Part shown: piece after piece, positions 62,366 through 64,000 of the stretch
How the letters are laid out: the number at the start of each line of letters is the position of its first letter
Numbering within the stretch: position 1 is the stretch's first letter
Assembly: GCA_030295235.1 (NCBI GenBank)
Contig: AP026155.1
Span: forward strand, 310,001-374,000
Source: Fistulifera solaris
Taxonomy: Eukaryota
DNA: 64,000 nt
Direction of reading: 5' to 3'
Program-made: the position numbers and the translations under genes
The notes under the pieces: model-generated
What the model saw: only the letters and a program-made list of their open reading frames with translations
The model's database searches: none
Told to the model about the DNA's origin: nothing

Positions 62366-63435
62366 ATGATGGATGCTTCCGACACGAAGCAGTCGGATGC
62401 AACTCCTGGATTGTGGCGACTTGCCTTTTGTGCTACAGGAATTTGTGCTTGTTATCTGTATTATGGACTCTTATTCGAAAATCTCTTTCAACCGGGCGAA
62501 CACGCACTTGGTGCTACTTTTGTATTGATGACGCAAAGTATTACAAACTCGATGGTAGCTTATGGTTGGAAAAAGTTCCAAGACAGCTCCTCGGTCGCCT
62601 CTTCAGCGACCAGAGAGGCCTTGCCGCATCGCTTTCTATTCGCAGCGACCGCCTGCTACGTTACCGCTATGGCGTGCAGTAATGAAGCTGTGCGATACGT
62701 TTCGTATCCCGTCGCCGTATTGGCCAAATCTTGTAAACTGATTCCTACCATGGTCGTCGGACAGTTTGTGGAAGGTCGGCTATACAGTCGAACCGAATGG
62801 ATGGCGGCATTATCGATATCGGCCGGAATCGTTGTGTTTCATATGACGCGCATGGAAGAAGCAATCCATCATGATGATCAACCCAAACCAACCGCGACGT
62901 ACGGTATGCTGTTGTTGTTAGTGAGTTTAACGGTACGTGCCAGCTGCATAGTAGTACATCGTGCTTATCGTAAAACCGACTCACGTTGTAGCTCCTACAG
63001 ATGGATGGGTTTTTGGCTTCGTGCCAGAACTTTCTCAAGAAGAAGAGACCCAATTTACGACCTCCCGATGCCATCGAGACAATGCTATGGATGAATCTAT
63101 ACGCGATTATTTATTTGGTACCACTCACGGTAATGTCCGGACAATTGGATATGGAAGCGCTTTTGTCTATGTGGTATAAGATTGCGGCATTGAACATGAC
63201 TGTAGCGGCGGGGCAAGTCTTTATTTTTCTTACCATCACATGGTATTCACCTGTCATGACAACCACCTTCACAACGACGCGAAAATTCTTTACCATCTTG
63301 TTGAGTGTCTGGACATACGGGCATCATTTCTCAACCTGGCAGTGGTTAGCAGTAGCGTTGGTGTTTACGGGATTGTATCTGTCCATTTTAATGATACAAA
63401 AGCCGCATGGCGCCGTCGAAAAGAAGAAAGACTAG
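62366..63435 (+). CDS. UAA-family nucleotide-sugar / ER ATP-ADP transporter (SLC35B1/HUT1-like), two exons
   Basis: GICACYLYYGLL, SNEAVRYVSYPVAVLAKSCKLIPTM, GQVFIF..TTTRKFFTILLS; C-terminal KKKD ER-retrieval signal. Intron 62933-63000. Confidence 0.88.
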
Positions 63436-64000
63436 ATAGCGAAGATACAAGAGCACCTGTACATAATACAAGAAGTTATTGAAACGTACCTAAATGATTG
63501 CAATCTAATCATCGAATGACAGCTCAATCCTGGGTTTGAGCTAGTCTCGAAGTTGCTGTTAGTGGAACACATTTTTGAAAAAGGTATCAAGTAGCAATTG
63601 AATTTATTAACTTTTGTGTTCTGCTTAGACCAGACTATCCAACCTAGCTCGCTCGGGAAAATCTTTGTGTGCCGCGCGCTGCGCGCTTGTCGGTACTTTA
63701 TAATGCAGTATTCATTCTTGACGACGACTCTTGACTGTAGTTTGTCTTCCCTTCTCCGCCAATCAAAACCACTTTGTATGCTATAGTGCACGTCATTTGC
63801 AACTCGCAGCGGTTTTACATGTTGGTTGTCGCGCGATGGTGTGGAGCGAAAGGGACTAACGGGTAACGGGTGTACTTGTACAGGTACCGGTACCCTGTTA
63901 CTGGTACGGTGGCATCAAGTATTTTGCCTACAGCAACAACGAACTTTTCCTGTAGAAATGCTACCAGATTCTACGGTGCTAAAAGTTCGGATGCAAATTT

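Noticed and set aside
63840..63910. GTAC-rich quasi-palindromic tract, with a similar one at about 25905-25928
   Set aside because: Low complexity with no partner terminus within the window; insufficient to call a transposon end.
1..64000. Frameshifts in many genes suggesting widespread pseudogenes or programmed frameshifting
   Set aside because: They affect conserved housekeeping genes (ELP1, DVR, TopA, kinesin), often fall in homopolymer runs, and the motifs are otherwise intact. Long-read consensus error is the simplest explanation.

Overview
Gene-dense eukaryotic nuclear DNA, most likely from a (pennate) diatom. Evidence: short GT-AG introns, bipartite ASAFAP-type plastid presequences, a fucoxanthin-chlorophyll protein and DUF6824 proteins. 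Many genes are broken by single-base indels, often in homopolymer runs, which looks like uncorrected long-read error rather than pseudogenisation. About 29 protein genes can be reconstructed: the 5' end of plastid ACCase, an ankyrin-HDAC, a CENP-E-like kinesin, dynactin p25, three clustered AIM24-family genes, RBX1, a TrmB-like methyltransferase, RimM, ELP1, a SelF-like protein, an expansin-like protein, Lhcf, a J-domain membrane protein, two DUF6824 genes, five consecutive plastid-targeted genes (M41-like peptidase, thioredoxin, lumen protein, FLVCR-type MFS, DVR), a duplicated glycosyltransferase-like protein, Ubc6, TopA, EAF6 and SLC35B1. There is also a complete 332-bp hAT-type MITE with an 8-bp TSD. 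The most notable items are an organelle-targeted bacterial-type topoisomerase I fused to three HMG boxes, the cysteine-rich AIM24 triad (a possible heterotrimer), and the TrmB-like enzyme carrying a CysRS-anticodon-like module with an altered catalytic motif. All family assignments come from motif recognition by eye; no searches were run.
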